Assembly: GCA_963785305.1 (NCBI GenBank)
Contig: CAWAUV010000008.1
Span: 992,001 to 1,056,000, forward strand
From: an uncultured Planctomycetaceae bacterium
GTDB lineage: Bacteria > Planctomycetota > Planctomycetia > Pirellulales > PALSA-1355
Length of the DNA stretch: 64,000 nucleotides
Reading direction: 5' to 3'
The first letter of the stretch is position 1; each line of letters begins with the position of its first letter. Position numbers and translations under genes: made by a program. Below, in pieces: positions 30,726-41,151 of the stretch. The notes under the pieces were generated by a model. It was not told the DNA's origin. It was given only the letters and a program-made list of their open reading frames with translations, and did no database searches.

Positions 30726-31526
30726 ATGCCGCGATTTCCGCTCGATGTGCTGCCGGTCGTCGATCTCCAGGGCGGAGTCGTGGTGCGCGGCGTCGGCGGG
30801 CGTCGCGATGAATATCGCCCCATCGTCAGCCGACTAGCGAGCGACGCGAGTCCAGCCTCGATTGCCCGCGGCTTCGCGCGGGCGGGGTTCGACCAGCTTT
30901 ATGTGGCCGATCTCGATGCGATCTCGGGAGCCGAGCCCGACAGCGAGAGTTATCGCGCGCTCGCCGCCGCGGGGCTCTCGCTCTGGATCGACGCCGGCGC
31001 CGGCGAAATGCGTCGCGCGGCCCAGATGGCGGAGCTGGTCAATGATTTTGCATTGCCGACGAACATCGTGCTGGGTCTCGAGTCGCTCGGCTCGCTCGAC
31101 GCGCTCGATGCGATTTACACGCATCTCGATCCGCGGCTGCTTGTATTTAGCCTCGATCTTCGCGAGGGCCAGCCGCTTTGCGGTTGGCTCTCGGCGGGCG
31201 AACGACATTCGGCAGGCGCCGAGCTGGCGCTCGCAATCGTCGAACACGCGATTCGCGCCGGCGCCGGGCGGATCATCGTGTTGGACTTGGCTCGCGTCGG
31301 CGGCGCGGACGGGGCGGGCCAACTCGAGTTGCTGCGCGCGATTCACTCTCGCTGGCCAAGGGCGCGTCTGATCTCGGGCGGCGGAGTGCGCTCGCGAGAG
31401 GATTTGGAATCGCTGCGCGCCGCCGGCTGCGGGGCGGCGCTGGTGGCGTCGGCCTTGCACGATGGCTCGCTGCTCGAAGCGCGGGAACCGCTCGCGTCGG
31501 AGGCCTCGAGCAGCGGGCGATCATAG
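30726..31526 (+). CDS. HisA/HisF-related TIM-barrel protein (Orf9-like, linked to H4MPT/methanofuran C1 genes)
   Basis: LPVVDLQGGVVVRGVGGRRDEYRPI, LYVADLDAI, LWIDAG, IVLDLARVG, GGGVR, ALVASALHDG. Confidence 0.85.
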   Translation: MPRFPLDVLPVVDLQGGVVVRGVGGRRDEYRPIVSRLASDASPASIARGFARAGFDQLYVADLDAISGAEPDSESYRALAAAGLSLWIDAGAGEMRRAAQMAELVNDFALPTNIVLGLESLGSLDALDAIYTHLDPRLLVFSLDLREGQPLCGWLSAGERHSAGAELALAIVEHAIRAGAGRIIVLDLARVGGADGAGQLELLRAIHSRWPRARLISGGGVRSREDLESLRAAGCGAALVASALHDGSLLEAREPLASEASSSGRS

Positions 31527-32399
31527 CCACTTGGGAGCGCGCTTCTCGCGAAAAGCGGCCAAGCCTTCCTTGGCGGCTTCGGTCGTGCGGGCGGCGGCGC
31601 TGGCGGCGGCGCCGGCCGAAAGCTGCGTGCCCAGCGATTCTCCGATCGTTTCATTGAGCAGTTGTTTGGTGAGCTGGAGCGACTGAGGCGCGCCGGCCGC
31701 GCACTCCTGGGCCAACTCCGCCGCGCGTGCCCAAACCAAGTCGGCCGCGACCAACTCGTGAAAAAGTCCCTGGGCCTGGGCTTGGGCCGCGGAAATGATT
31801 TGCGAACCGAGAAGCAAATAGGCCGCCCGCCCGGCGCCAATGCGAAACGTCAAAAGCGGCGCCACCATGCCGGCCACGATGCCGCGCCGCGGCTCGGGCA
31901 AGCCAAACGTCGCCTCGTTGCTGGCGACCACCAAGTCGCAGGCCAGGGCGAGCCCCGCCCCGCCGGCGATCGCCGGACCATTGATCGCGGCGATCAGCGG
32001 CTTGGGAAATCGCATCATCGAGACGACCAGATCGCGATACACGAGCGCGTCGTCGCGCCATTGCGATTGCGCGTCGGGCCGGTCGCTCGTGGCCAACATT
32101 TCCGCGAGGTCCATGCCGGAGCAAAAAGCCGAGCCCGCCCCGGTGAGAATCACCGCTCGCACGCGCCGCTCTTGATGCAAGTCGCTCAGCGCTTGAGCCA
32201 ACTCGGCGAGCAGGGCGCGCGAGAGCGCGTTGCGCTTTTCGGGTCGATTGAGAATGAGGGTGCCCACGCTTTCGTGGACATGAATTTTGACCAGGGGCTG
32301 GGTCATGGGGGATTCCTCGCTCATATTTCGCGCCGCGGCCGCCGCCGGGTCTCCGTGGCGCGGGCCGGTCGATTCGATCTCGCGATTGCTCTTCTTCAT
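31521..32399 (-). CDS. Enoyl-CoA hydratase/isomerase
   Basis: LNRPEKRNAL, AFCSGMDL, AIAGGAGL, FGLPE, EGLAAFREKRAPKW; alternative start at 32306. Confidence 0.92.
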   Translation of the reverse strand: MKKSNREIESTGPRHGDPAAAAARNMSEESPMTQPLVKIHVHESVGTLILNRPEKRNALSRALLAELAQALSDLHQERRVRAVILTGAGSAFCSGMDLAEMLATSDRPDAQSQWRDDALVYRDLVVSMMRFPKPLIAAINGPAIAGGAGLALACDLVVASNEATFGLPEPRRGIVAGMVAPLLTFRIGAGRAAYLLLGSQIISAAQAQAQGLFHELVAADLVWARAAELAQECAAGAPQSLQLTKQLLNETIGESLGTQLSAGAAASAAARTTEAAKEGLAAFREKRAPKWL

Positions 32400-32770
32400 G
32401 GCGTCTCGGGCTGTTGACGGAGCATCTTGGCCAGCACTTCCGGAACATGCAGGGCTGGCAGTTCGAGCTCCAAAATCGCGGCGCCGAGGAGCTTGCCTTG
32501 CGTGTCGAGCCGTAGCGACTGGCTCGCCCCGCCGGCGAGCACATCGAACAGCACGAAGTTCAGCGCGTGCGCCTTGGGTAGCTCATAGCGCATGACGCGC
32601 GTGGCGCCAAGCGGCCGAAAATATTCGGCCACGCGCTCGGCCGTGAGCTCGCGAAGCAAATAGGCAAACGCTTCGCCGCTCGAAGCCACCACGCCGATAT
32701 TCGCATGGTTGCCTTTATCGCCGCTTCGCGCGTGTGCAATCAAACCCAATGGAAAACTCGTGGCCGGCAT
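32396..32770 (-). CDS. AtuA-related small protein
   Basis: AHARSGDKGNHANIGV, RYELP..ALNF, GG.SQSLRLDTQGK. Confidence 0.88.
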   Translation of the reverse strand: MPATSFPLGLIAHARSGDKGNHANIGVVASSGEAFAYLLRELTAERVAEYFRPLGATRVMRYELPKAHALNFVLFDVLAGGASQSLRLDTQGKLLGAAILELELPALHVPEVLAKMLRQQPETP

Positions 32771-32833
32771 ATTCGATTCAATTCGTGTTGAGACAGGCTT
32801 GTTCGCGATGGTTCGCGGCGCGATTCTCGACCC

Positions 32834-34249
32834 TTATCGCTCGTCCGGCGACCCCGACTCGCCGCCGAGCCAATCTCGCGCCGCCCGCACTTCGGCTCGC
32901 GGCGCCAATCGCTCCCGCGGCACGAGCGTCGGCCAATAGGCCAGCACCGGCCGCACGGGGCTTCGTCCACTGGCATATCCGGCCAACCCGGCGGGCCCGC
33001 TCGTGACCAGCGGCGCGAATTCCTTGGTGAATCGCTCGACCGCTGCCCGGTTTGGCGACTTGGCCGCCACGCGCAGCGCCACCTCGCGCAGGCCCGCGGG
33101 TGGAGCATGCAGCCCAGGCACGGAGTCGCCGACGCCCAAGAGCTCGACATAAAAACCATCGAACGCGCAGCCGGCGTTTTCGAGCCGGGCGCGAATCAGT
33201 TCGGCCGCCGCGCGGGCCTTGGCCACGCAATCCTTGCCGTAGACCACAAGTTGCCCGCTGGCCATGTATCCGGCCAGATACGCGAGCGACGCCTTGAGTT
33301 TCTCCGGCGCCGGCCGGCCCGCGGCCCCAGAGACCGCCACGCGATCGCCGCCCAGATCGTTGACTTCGACCGTCGTGAAATCGACATCCACGTCGGGCGT
33401 GAGATAATGCGCCGGGTCGCCGATCTCGTAGACCAACTGCTCGACGACCGTCTCGCGCGTCACGCGTCCGCCACTGCCCGCTGGCTTGGTGATGACACAC
33501 GCGCCATCGGCGGCGAGCTCGGCGATCGGATAGCCGACCGTCTCCAGGGAGCGGCCGCGCCAGTCGTGAGAATAGCCGCCGGTGACTTGAGCCGCGCATT
33601 CGATCAAATGCCCCGCCACGCTCGCGCCGGCCAGGCGCCGCCAATCGTCCGGGGCCCAACCAAATTCGTGCATCGCCGGCCCCACCGTGAGCGAAGCGTC
33701 GGCCACTCGTCCGGTAAGCACCATGCGAGCGCCGTCGGCAAGCGCCTGGGCAATTGGTCCCGCGCCCAGGTACACATTGGCGCTCACGACACGCTTGGCC
33801 AGTTCGCCGAGCGGTGCGCCGGTGTCGAAGTGCGCGAAGGGTTCGCCTTCGGCTTGCCAAACGGGAATCTGCTTGAGAATGTCATCGCCCGTCACGACCC
33901 CCAGCGTCGTGTCGGCCAATTCGCCGACGGCGCCCAAGCATTGGGCCGCCGCCCGAGCGCATGCCACGACGTTCACGCCGCCGGCGTTGGTCACGATTCG
34001 CAAGCCCGCTTGCGACCGGAGGGCCGGCAGCAGGCTTCCGAGCACATCGACAAAATCAGTCGCGAAGCCTTCCGCCGGATTTTTTTCGCGCTTGCGGGCC
34101 AGAATCGAGAGCGTGAGCTCGGCGAGGTATTCGAGCGTGAGGTAATCGACCGCGGCCGATTCGACGAGCCTTCGCGGCGCATCGAGATTGTCGCCGAGAA
34201 ATCCGGCGCCATTGGCGATCTTGAGCGGCTTGGTTCGCTGTGCGGTCAT
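32834..34249 (-). CDS. Acyclic terpene utilisation AtuA family protein (DUF1446)
   Basis: IANGAGFLGD, YLTLEYLAELT, TNAGG, SANVYLGA, TGRVADAS, AGHLIECAAQVTGG, EQLVYEIGDPAHYLTPDV. Confidence 0.9.
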   Translation of the reverse strand: MTAQRTKPLKIANGAGFLGDNLDAPRRLVESAAVDYLTLEYLAELTLSILARKREKNPAEGFATDFVDVLGSLLPALRSQAGLRIVTNAGGVNVVACARAAAQCLGAVGELADTTLGVVTGDDILKQIPVWQAEGEPFAHFDTGAPLGELAKRVVSANVYLGAGPIAQALADGARMVLTGRVADASLTVGPAMHEFGWAPDDWRRLAGASVAGHLIECAAQVTGGYSHDWRGRSLETVGYPIAELAADGACVITKPAGSGGRVTRETVVEQLVYEIGDPAHYLTPDVDVDFTTVEVNDLGGDRVAVSGAAGRPAPEKLKASLAYLAGYMASGQLVVYGKDCVAKARAAAELIRARLENAGCAFDGFYVELLGVGDSVPGLHAPPAGLREVALRVAAKSPNRAAVERFTKEFAPLVTSGPAGLAGYASGRSPVRPVLAYWPTLVPRERLAPRAEVRAARDWLGGESGSPDER

Positions 34250-34435
34250 GGCGGGGGGCGTGGACCTCGGAACAGTTCCTGATCCGACGCGCCAAGGAAG
34301 AATCGTTGGTTGCGGGGCCGCCACGCCGGGTGTTACAACATTTTATCGTCCTCGGGTTCGTTTGGGGCAACCCAAGGCAGCTTATTTTTTGTTCGGACTC
34401 GTTTTGTTCGGGCTCGCATCCGAACGCGAAGCGTC

Positions 34436-35123
34436 ATGTCGCGACCTGCCGTCGTGTTGTTATCCGGAGGCTTGGATTCCGCGACCACGGCGGCGATTGC
34501 CCGCGCCGCTGGCCACGCGGTCCATGCGCTCTCCTTCGACTATGGCCAGCGGCATCGGTTCGAGCTCGAATCGGCGCGGCGCGTGGCCCAGTCGCTGGGT
34601 GCCGCGCGGCATGTGACGACGCGGATCGACTTGGCCCAATTCGGCCAGAGCGCGCTCACCGCCGATATTTCCGTGCCCAAGGATCGCTCCGAGACCGAGA
34701 TGGGCGTCGGGATTCCGATTACCTATGTGCCGGCGCAACACCGTGTTTCTCGCGCTCGCCCTGGCCTATGCCGAGACGCTCGACGCGGCCGATATCTTTA
34801 TCGGCGTCAACGCGATCGACTACAGCGGTTATCCCGATTGCCGGCCCGAATACATCGCCGCCTTCGAGCGCATGGCCAACCTGGCGACGAAGGCCGGAGT
34901 GGAAAAACGGCTGAAGTTTTGCATCCACACTCCGCTGATTAAAATGACCAAGGCCCAGATCATTGGCCGCGGCGCCGCGCTGGGGGTCGACTTCGGGCTC
35001 ACGCATAGCTGCTATGATCCCGCGAGCAGCGGACTCTCCTGCGGACACTGCGACGCCTGCGCGCTTCGCCGTGCCGGTTTCGCCGCCGCGGGCCTCGTCG
35101 ACCCGCTGCCCCATGCAAGCTGA
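34436..35123 (+). CDS. queC: 7-cyano-7-deazaguanine synthase (frameshift at ~34735)
   Basis: [51 protein letters not shown]. Confidence 0.93.
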
Positions 35124-35194
35124 CGCCCGGGCGCACATTGATGCCTCGGGGTCGTGTGATAACCTCGCGTTTCACGCCTCTCGTAAACCAACGC

Positions 35195-35881
35195 ATGAAG
35201 ATCGCCGAAATTTATCGCTCGATTCAAGGCGAGGGCCTGCTCACCGGAGCGGCGAGCGTGTTTGTGCGCACCAGCGGCTGCAACTTGCGGTGCTGGTTTT
35301 GTGATTCGCCCTTCACGAGTTGGGCGCCCGAGGGTGGCGATCTCTCGGTCGAGGAAATCATGGGCCAGGTGGCCGAGTGGGACCTGGAACATGTGGTGCT
35401 TACCGGCGGCGAGCCGATGCTGTGGTCGGAGTTGATCCCACTCGCCACGGCGCTCGCCGACCAGAAGCGGCACATCACGATCGAGACCGCCGGCACGCTC
35501 TACTTGCCCGTCGCCTGCGATTTAATGTCGATCAGTCCAAAGCTCGCGAATTCGACTCCCGATCATCAGCGGGCCGGGCGTTGGCGACATCGCCACGAAG
35601 CGGCGCGTCACGCGCCGGAGGTGATCGAGCGGCTGATCGACGAATATGTGTATCAATTCAAATTCGTCGTCTCCGAGCCCGAGGACTGCGCGGTCGTGGA
35701 GCGCTATCTCGATTTGTTTCCGCGGCTCGATCGCTCGCGAGTATTGCTCATGCCCGAGGGCGTGGACGTGGCGGCGCTCGAGGCGCGGCGAAGCTGGCTC
35801 GAGCCTTACTGCGCGGGGGCGGGCCTCGGCTACTGTGCGCGACGCCACATCGAGTGGTTTGGACTTGTGCGCGGCACATAG
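35195..35881 (+). CDS. queE: 7-carboxy-7-deazaguanine synthase (radical SAM)
   Basis: EIYRSIQGEG, CNLRCWFCD, TGGEP, IETAGT, ISPK; adjacent to queC. Confidence 0.92.
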   Translation: MKIAEIYRSIQGEGLLTGAASVFVRTSGCNLRCWFCDSPFTSWAPEGGDLSVEEIMGQVAEWDLEHVVLTGGEPMLWSELIPLATALADQKRHITIETAGTLYLPVACDLMSISPKLANSTPDHQRAGRWRHRHEAARHAPEVIERLIDEYVYQFKFVVSEPEDCAVVERYLDLFPRLDRSRVLLMPEGVDVAALEARRSWLEPYCAGAGLGYCARRHIEWFGLVRGT

Positions 35882-36093
35882 CGAGCGCCTCGCGCCGGCC
35901 GGCCCGCCGAAGCTCCCTTGGGGGGAAATTCCTCTCATCGCGCGCGAATACCGACCCCGCCGCCTATGCTGGACCTCGGAACGCGGGGCGGATCGGTCTT
36001 TATCTCGTCGTGGTCCGTCCCCGCGCGGCATTCGCTTGGACTCGCGGTCCGTGAGCGGCGACACGGTTTCTCTTTCCCCCAAAAATGGTCGCC

Positions 36094-37117
36094 ATGCCAC
36101 ACGGTCGCTTCGTGATCTCGCTCGACTTCGAGCTTCGCTGGGGTGTGCGCGATAAAAACTACCGCGACGCCTATCGCCAGAACCTGCTCGGCGCGCGCCT
36201 CGCGATACCGCGCATGCTCGCCCTGTTTCGCGAGTTCGGCGTTCACGCCACCTGGGCCACGGTCGGCATGCTTTTTTTCGGCGCCAAATCGCAAATGCTC
36301 CGCGCACTGCCCGAGGAGCGCCCGCGATATTGCAATCGAGCCCTGTCGCCGTATTTCGCGCTCGACGAAGTCGGCGCCAGCGAGCGCGACGATCCGCTGC
36401 ACTTCGCGCCCTCGCTGATCGAACGGATTCTCGCCACGCCCGATCAGGAGCTCGCCACCCACACCTTCTCGCACTACTATTGTCTCGAGCCAGGCCAGGA
36501 GCGGGCAGCGTTCGCGGCCGATCTCGCGGCGGCGATCGATGTCGGCTCGCGATTCGGCGCGGCCCGAGAGCATCGTGTTCCCGCGCAATCAGGTGTGCGC
36601 CGACTACCTGCCGATCTGCCGCGAACAAGGACTTCTGGCTTATCGCGGCAATCATCTCGCGACGATGCACTCCGTGGGCGATGGGCGAGAAGACTCGTTC
36701 GGCCGACGACTGTCTCGGCTAGTCGACGGCTACATCGACTTGACCTCGCCGCGGATCGCGCCGATCGACCGCGAGCCATTGCAATACGAGCCGCGACGCC
36801 CGATGAACATTCGCGCCGACCGGTTCTTGCGACCGGCCAGCCCGAAGCAAGGATTCGCCGAGCGGTTGCGGCTGCGGCGAATCCGCCGCGAGATGACATT
36901 CGCCGCGGAGCGCGGAGCGACCTATCACGTTTGGTGGCATCCGCACAATTTTGGTCGGAATTTGGCGTCGAATCTCGATTTTCTCGCTTCCGTGCTGCGC
37001 CACTTCGCCCAGTTGGCCGAGAGCCAGGGCATGCGAAGCGCCACGATGCGCGAAGCGGCGCTCTTGGATAGGGCGTTCGAGCCGGCGGTCGCGAGCGACT
37101 TGAAGGTTCATCGATGA
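36094..37117 (+). CDS. Polysaccharide deacetylase family protein (frameshift at ~36563)
   Basis: FVISLDFELRWG, HATWATVG, ELATHTFSHYYCLE, SIVFPRNQ, YHVWWHPHNFG. Confidence 0.88.
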
Positions 37118-37896
37118 TCGCTCTGGAACAGGGCGCCGTCGTGTTGCTCGGCGGCCAAGGCGCTTCGACACGCATCGTCTATCAGGCGGTGCGAGACCAG
37201 TTGCCGATCGCGGGCGTGATTCTCGAAGCCAGCGGCTCGCGGCGCGCATTGCTCGCGCGCCGCGCGCGGCGCTTCGGCTGGCGGAAGGCGCTGGGTCAAG
37301 CTCTGTTTTCCGCGCTCGCGGCGCCGCTGCTCGCGCTGGGAGCCCGGCGTCGCGAACAAGAAATCTTGCGAGAGTCTGGCCTATGGGATCGGCCGATCGA
37401 TCCGGACATCGTGCTGCAAGTGCCCTCGATCAACGACGACGCGACCGCGCGCCACTTGCGAGCGCTGCGGCCGAAGCTGGTGATAATTCATGGCGTGGGC
37501 ATCCTGTCGCGCGAGCTGTTGTCCGAGATCGACGCGCCGGTGCTCAATGTGCATGCCGGCGTCACGCCGCTGTTTCGCGGTGTGCATGGCGGCTATTGGG
37601 CCCTGGTCGAAGGAATGCCGGAGGCTTGCGGCGTGACCGTGCATCGCGTCGATCCGGGCATCGACACCGGCGCCATCGCCGCCCAAGCGCGGATCCATCC
37701 CACGTCGCGCGACAATTTTACGACCTACCCCCTGCTGCAACTCGCCGTGGGCCTGCCGCTTTTGCTCGAAGTCGCCCGCGCGGCGCTCGCCGACTCGTTG
37801 CCAAACGTTGCCCGACCGCCCGGCGAATCGCGCTTATGGAGCCACCCGACCTTGTGGGAATACTTGCGACATCGCTGGCGCCGCGGGGTGCGATGA
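37114..37896 (+). CDS. Formyltransferase family protein
   Basis: LNVHAGVTPLFRGVHG and GVTVHRVDPGIDTG; start overlaps the upstream stop. Confidence 0.88.
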   Translation: MIALEQGAVVLLGGQGASTRIVYQAVRDQLPIAGVILEASGSRRALLARRARRFGWRKALGQALFSALAAPLLALGARRREQEILRESGLWDRPIDPDIVLQVPSINDDATARHLRALRPKLVIIHGVGILSRELLSEIDAPVLNVHAGVTPLFRGVHGGYWALVEGMPEACGVTVHRVDPGIDTGAIAAQARIHPTSRDNFTTYPLLQLAVGLPLLLEVARAALADSLPNVARPPGESRLWSHPTLWEYLRHRWRRGVR

Positions 37897-37915
37897 GGCC
37901 GCCTCATGGAGCATG

Positions 37916-37965
37916 CAAGCTTGAAGCGCAAGCGAAAGAATTCCTTCGCTGGCAATTCTGGCTTG
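37916..37965. repeat. Degenerate REP-like palindrome
   Basis: CAAGCTTGAAGCGCAAGCGAAAG...CCTTCGCTGGCAATTCTGGCTTG is an imperfect inverted repeat related to the element at 6679-6739. Confidence 0.5.
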
Positions 37966-38179
37966 TGTGGGAGCTCCCGCGTGGCGACCGAATTCGAGCG
38001 CGCGAGTGTCGGATGTCGCGCTCCCGCCTCGCTCCACGGCCGCTGGCTCGCGGCTTCGCGCGAAAAAATGCTGGCGTCGGCGCCGGGTTGCGACTTACGA
38101 TAGGCGGCGGCGACCGCCGCCGCGAATCCTCGCTATTCACCCCCCTCGCCAGACTTCGCTTTTTTGGAGGACGACTGCC

Positions 38180-39086
38180 GTGACACGCACCATGATCTTC
38201 ATCGTCTCGGGCTGCCTTGGCCTTTGCGCCGCGCTGGGAATCAGCGCCTCCGAGCGCGGCCGCCGAGCCGCAACGCGAATTGCTCTGGCCGCAAGGCGCG
38301 CCGGGCGCCAAGGGCGACAAAGACGCCGATAAGCCAACCCTCACTCCTTGGATTCCCCCGGCCGACAAAGCCACTGGCACGGCGATCATCGTCTGTCCCG
38401 GCGGCGGCTATGGCGGCCTCGCGATCGGCCACGAAGGCAAGGATATCGGCGAGTGGCTCAACTCGATCGGGGTGGCGGCCTTCGTGCTCGAATATCGCCA
38501 CCGCGGCAAAGGCTATGGACACCCGGCTCCGCTCGACGACGCCCAGCGCGCGATTCGCACCGTGCGGGCTCGCGCCAGCCAGTGGGGCGTGAAGCCCGAG
38601 AGGATCGGCATCATGGGCTTCTCGGCCGGCGGACATCTGGCCTCGTCGGCGGGCACCAAGTTCGATTCCGGCAAGCCCGACGCCGCGGACCCGATCGATC
38701 GGACAAGCTGCCGGCCCGACTTCATGATCCTTTGCTATCCCGTGATTTCGTTCACCGAGCCGTTCACGCATCAAGGCTCGCGGCGGAATCTGTTGGGCGA
38801 AAGTCCGGACCCGGAACTGGTGAAAAGTTTTTCCAACGAAACCCAGGTCACGAGCCAGACCCCGCCGACATTCTTGTTCCACACGGATCAAGATAGCGGA
38901 GTGCCGCCGGAAAACAGCGTGGCATTTTATCTGGCGCTGCGACAAGCCAAAGTGCCGGCCGAACTCTTGATCTTCGAAAAAGGACCGCATGGCGTGGGCC
39001 TCGGCCGCTCGATACCGGGCACGAGCGCTTGGAGCGATTGCTGCGCCGATTGGCTCCGCGGGCGCGGGCTCTTGGGCAAGAGCTAA
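38180..39086 (+). CDS. Secreted alpha/beta hydrolase (esterase); probable frameshift after the signal peptide
   Basis: CPGGGY, GFSAGGH (GxSxG), PPTFLFHT.QD, HGVGL; signal peptide MTRTMIFIVSGCLGLCAALG is in another frame, behind GGAGG. Confidence 0.87.
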
Positions 39087-39249
39087 TCGCGCGACGGAAG
39101 AGCATGACAGCCGGTTGAACTATTCAACGGCCCGATAAACGCCGTCGGGCGAGGCGACCGAGCGAATTCCGGAAATCGGGAAAACGCGAGATCGTCTCGC
39201 CCTTTGAGCGAACCGAATCGCGCGGGGCGCGATGTCAGACGCAGGCGGA

Positions 39250-39543
39250 CTAATAACTGCCGCGGGCGCGGGCATCGGCCGGGCGATTGCCAAACGTGCC
39301 GAAAATCTGGCCCGAGCGGAGCCCGGCCGCTCTGCTATAAGAACTGCCGACCGGATTGCCGTAGTTGGCATAGGCGGGCCAGGGCAGCGTGGGCGGCGCC
39401 GAATAGCTGCGACGAGCCGTGGGGCGTTGCGGGGCCGTCGCCGTCGGTTGCTGGGTCGTGTTCACGGTGTCATCGGCCAGAGCTTGGCCGACCATGATCC
39501 CGGCTGCCATCATCAATGCGAAAACGCGGATCGGCTTGAGCAT
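39250..39543 (-). CDS. Small secreted hypothetical protein
   Basis: Signal peptide MLKPIRVFALMMAAGIMVGQALA-DD; 97 aa. Confidence 0.6.
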   Translation of the reverse strand: MLKPIRVFALMMAAGIMVGQALADDTVNTTQQPTATAPQRPTARRSYSAPPTLPWPAYANYGNPVGSSYSRAAGLRSGQIFGTFGNRPADARARGSY

Positions 39544-39915
39544 GATTGGAATCCTTTTTCGGAAGTGAGGTAGGCGAATGTGCCGCCGGGCGGGGTTTTC
39601 GTGAGGCGAGTAGGCAAGAGCTGGCAGCGCGGCGTCAACGCGGCATGCTACGCGCGTGGCAAGATCACAATCGGCTGCCACGGGCCTGGAAACAACGTCC
39701 CCGGGCGCCCTGTTGAAAGGTTCAACAAGTCGCTTATGCGCTGGTGTGGCGCCGAAGAAAAAGAACCGCCCTTAGGGTGAATTATCGGCCGCCGGAGCGC
39801 CAATTTATTAGCCGACTCGACCCGCAAATCCGTTGAATGCGAAGCTCGGCGCTTGGCGAAATCGAAAAATGCCACGACGTCGCCATCGTGGCATTTTTCA
39901 ATAGGGCGCTCCGCT

Positions 39916-41151
39916 CTACTGTTTGGCGGCCTCGATCCGATCGCGGAGTTTGCCGATTTGGGCTTTGAGCTCGTCGCGATCGAGAAAGCCATCGTGATTC
40001 GTGTCGAGCGCTTCGAAGAGCCGCTTGCGGTTGCCGAATTCCTCGAGGCTGAGTTTGCCGTCGTGGTCGCGATCCATTTGCTTGAGCCGCTCGACTATTT
40101 TGCCGGCCGCCGGCGCCTCATTCGTCGAGGCGTCTTTTTTCGCCGCGTCTTTGCTCGAGGCCTCCGAAGGCGAGGCGTCGTTGCCGGCATTGTCTTTTTC
40201 TTTATCGCCGGAGCTTTTTTCGGCGTCGCTCGCCGATGTCTTTTTGGCGGCGCGGGACTTCGTGGCGTCGATCTCGCCATCCGGCTTCGGCAGAATGCCC
40301 ATGGACTGAAGTTGCCGGACGCGCGTCAGTCCCTTGATGAACTCCTCTTCGTTGAGCGCCCCATCGCCATCGGCGTCGAACTTGGCTTTGAGCTTCTCGA
40401 AATTCGGGGCCTTGTCGACGGGCGCTTCGTCCATGGTGATTTTTCCGTCGCCGTTGGCATCGAGATAGCGGAACACGCCCCGGGGCGATTGGGCGTCATC
40501 GATCATGGCCCGGATTTCCTTCGCATACGCCTGGATGCCTTCGGTGAGCTCTTGCTTGGTGAGCGCACCGTCGCCATCCTTGTCGGCCCGCTCGAGCAGC
40601 TTTCCAAAACGTTCGCGAGCGTCGTCGGGAATTTCCGCGTTGGTGATCTTGCCATCGCCGTTCACGTCGAGGCGAGCGAACAGCACTTCCGGGTCGGGCA
40701 GTCCGCCTTCCAATTGCGCGGGCGACTTTTCCTCGCGCACTCGCTCGGGCTTTTGTCGCTCGAGCCCGGCGGCGAGCTCGTCGGCCGTGAGCGCACCGTC
40801 GCCATCGCGGTCGGCGGCTTTGAGGATGCGCGCGAGCAAGCGCCGCTTTTCGGCGGGCACTTCATCGGTCGTGAGCTTGCCATCGTGGTTGGCGTCGAGA
40901 CGCTCGAAGAGCGCCTTGGCGCTCATGGTGGTAGTTGTCGTGGAGGCCGCCGGGGACGCTTCCTTCGCGGCCTCGGTCGCTGCCGGCGGCGCGGTTTCGC
41001 TGGCCGCCGCTGGATCACTTGCCGCCGGTTTTTCAGTCTCTTCGGCCAAGGCGCAAAGCGGCAGCATCGTCGTGGCCGCGCATACGAAGGGCCCCCACAC
41101 TAAAGAATTCCAATTAGGCGACCGGCGACGTTTCGCGACCATGGCGGGCAT
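39916..41151 (-). CDS. Secreted multi-EF-hand protein
   Basis: Eight DxxxDGxLxxxE loops (e.g. DANHDGKLTTDE, DRDGDGALTADE, DTNHDGFLDRDE); N-terminal signal. Confidence 0.9.
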   Translation of the reverse strand: MPAMVAKRRRSPNWNSLVWGPFVCAATTMLPLCALAEETEKPAASDPAAASETAPPAATEAAKEASPAASTTTTTMSAKALFERLDANHDGKLTTDEVPAEKRRLLARILKAADRDGDGALTADELAAGLERQKPERVREEKSPAQLEGGLPDPEVLFARLDVNGDGKITNAEIPDDARERFGKLLERADKDGDGALTKQELTEGIQAYAKEIRAMIDDAQSPRGVFRYLDANGDGKITMDEAPVDKAPNFEKLKAKFDADGDGALNEEEFIKGLTRVRQLQSMGILPKPDGEIDATKSRAAKKTSASDAEKSSGDKEKDNAGNDASPSEASSKDAAKKDASTNEAPAAGKIVERLKQMDRDHDGKLSLEEFGNRKRLFEALDTNHDGFLDRDELKAQIGKLRDRIEAAKQ

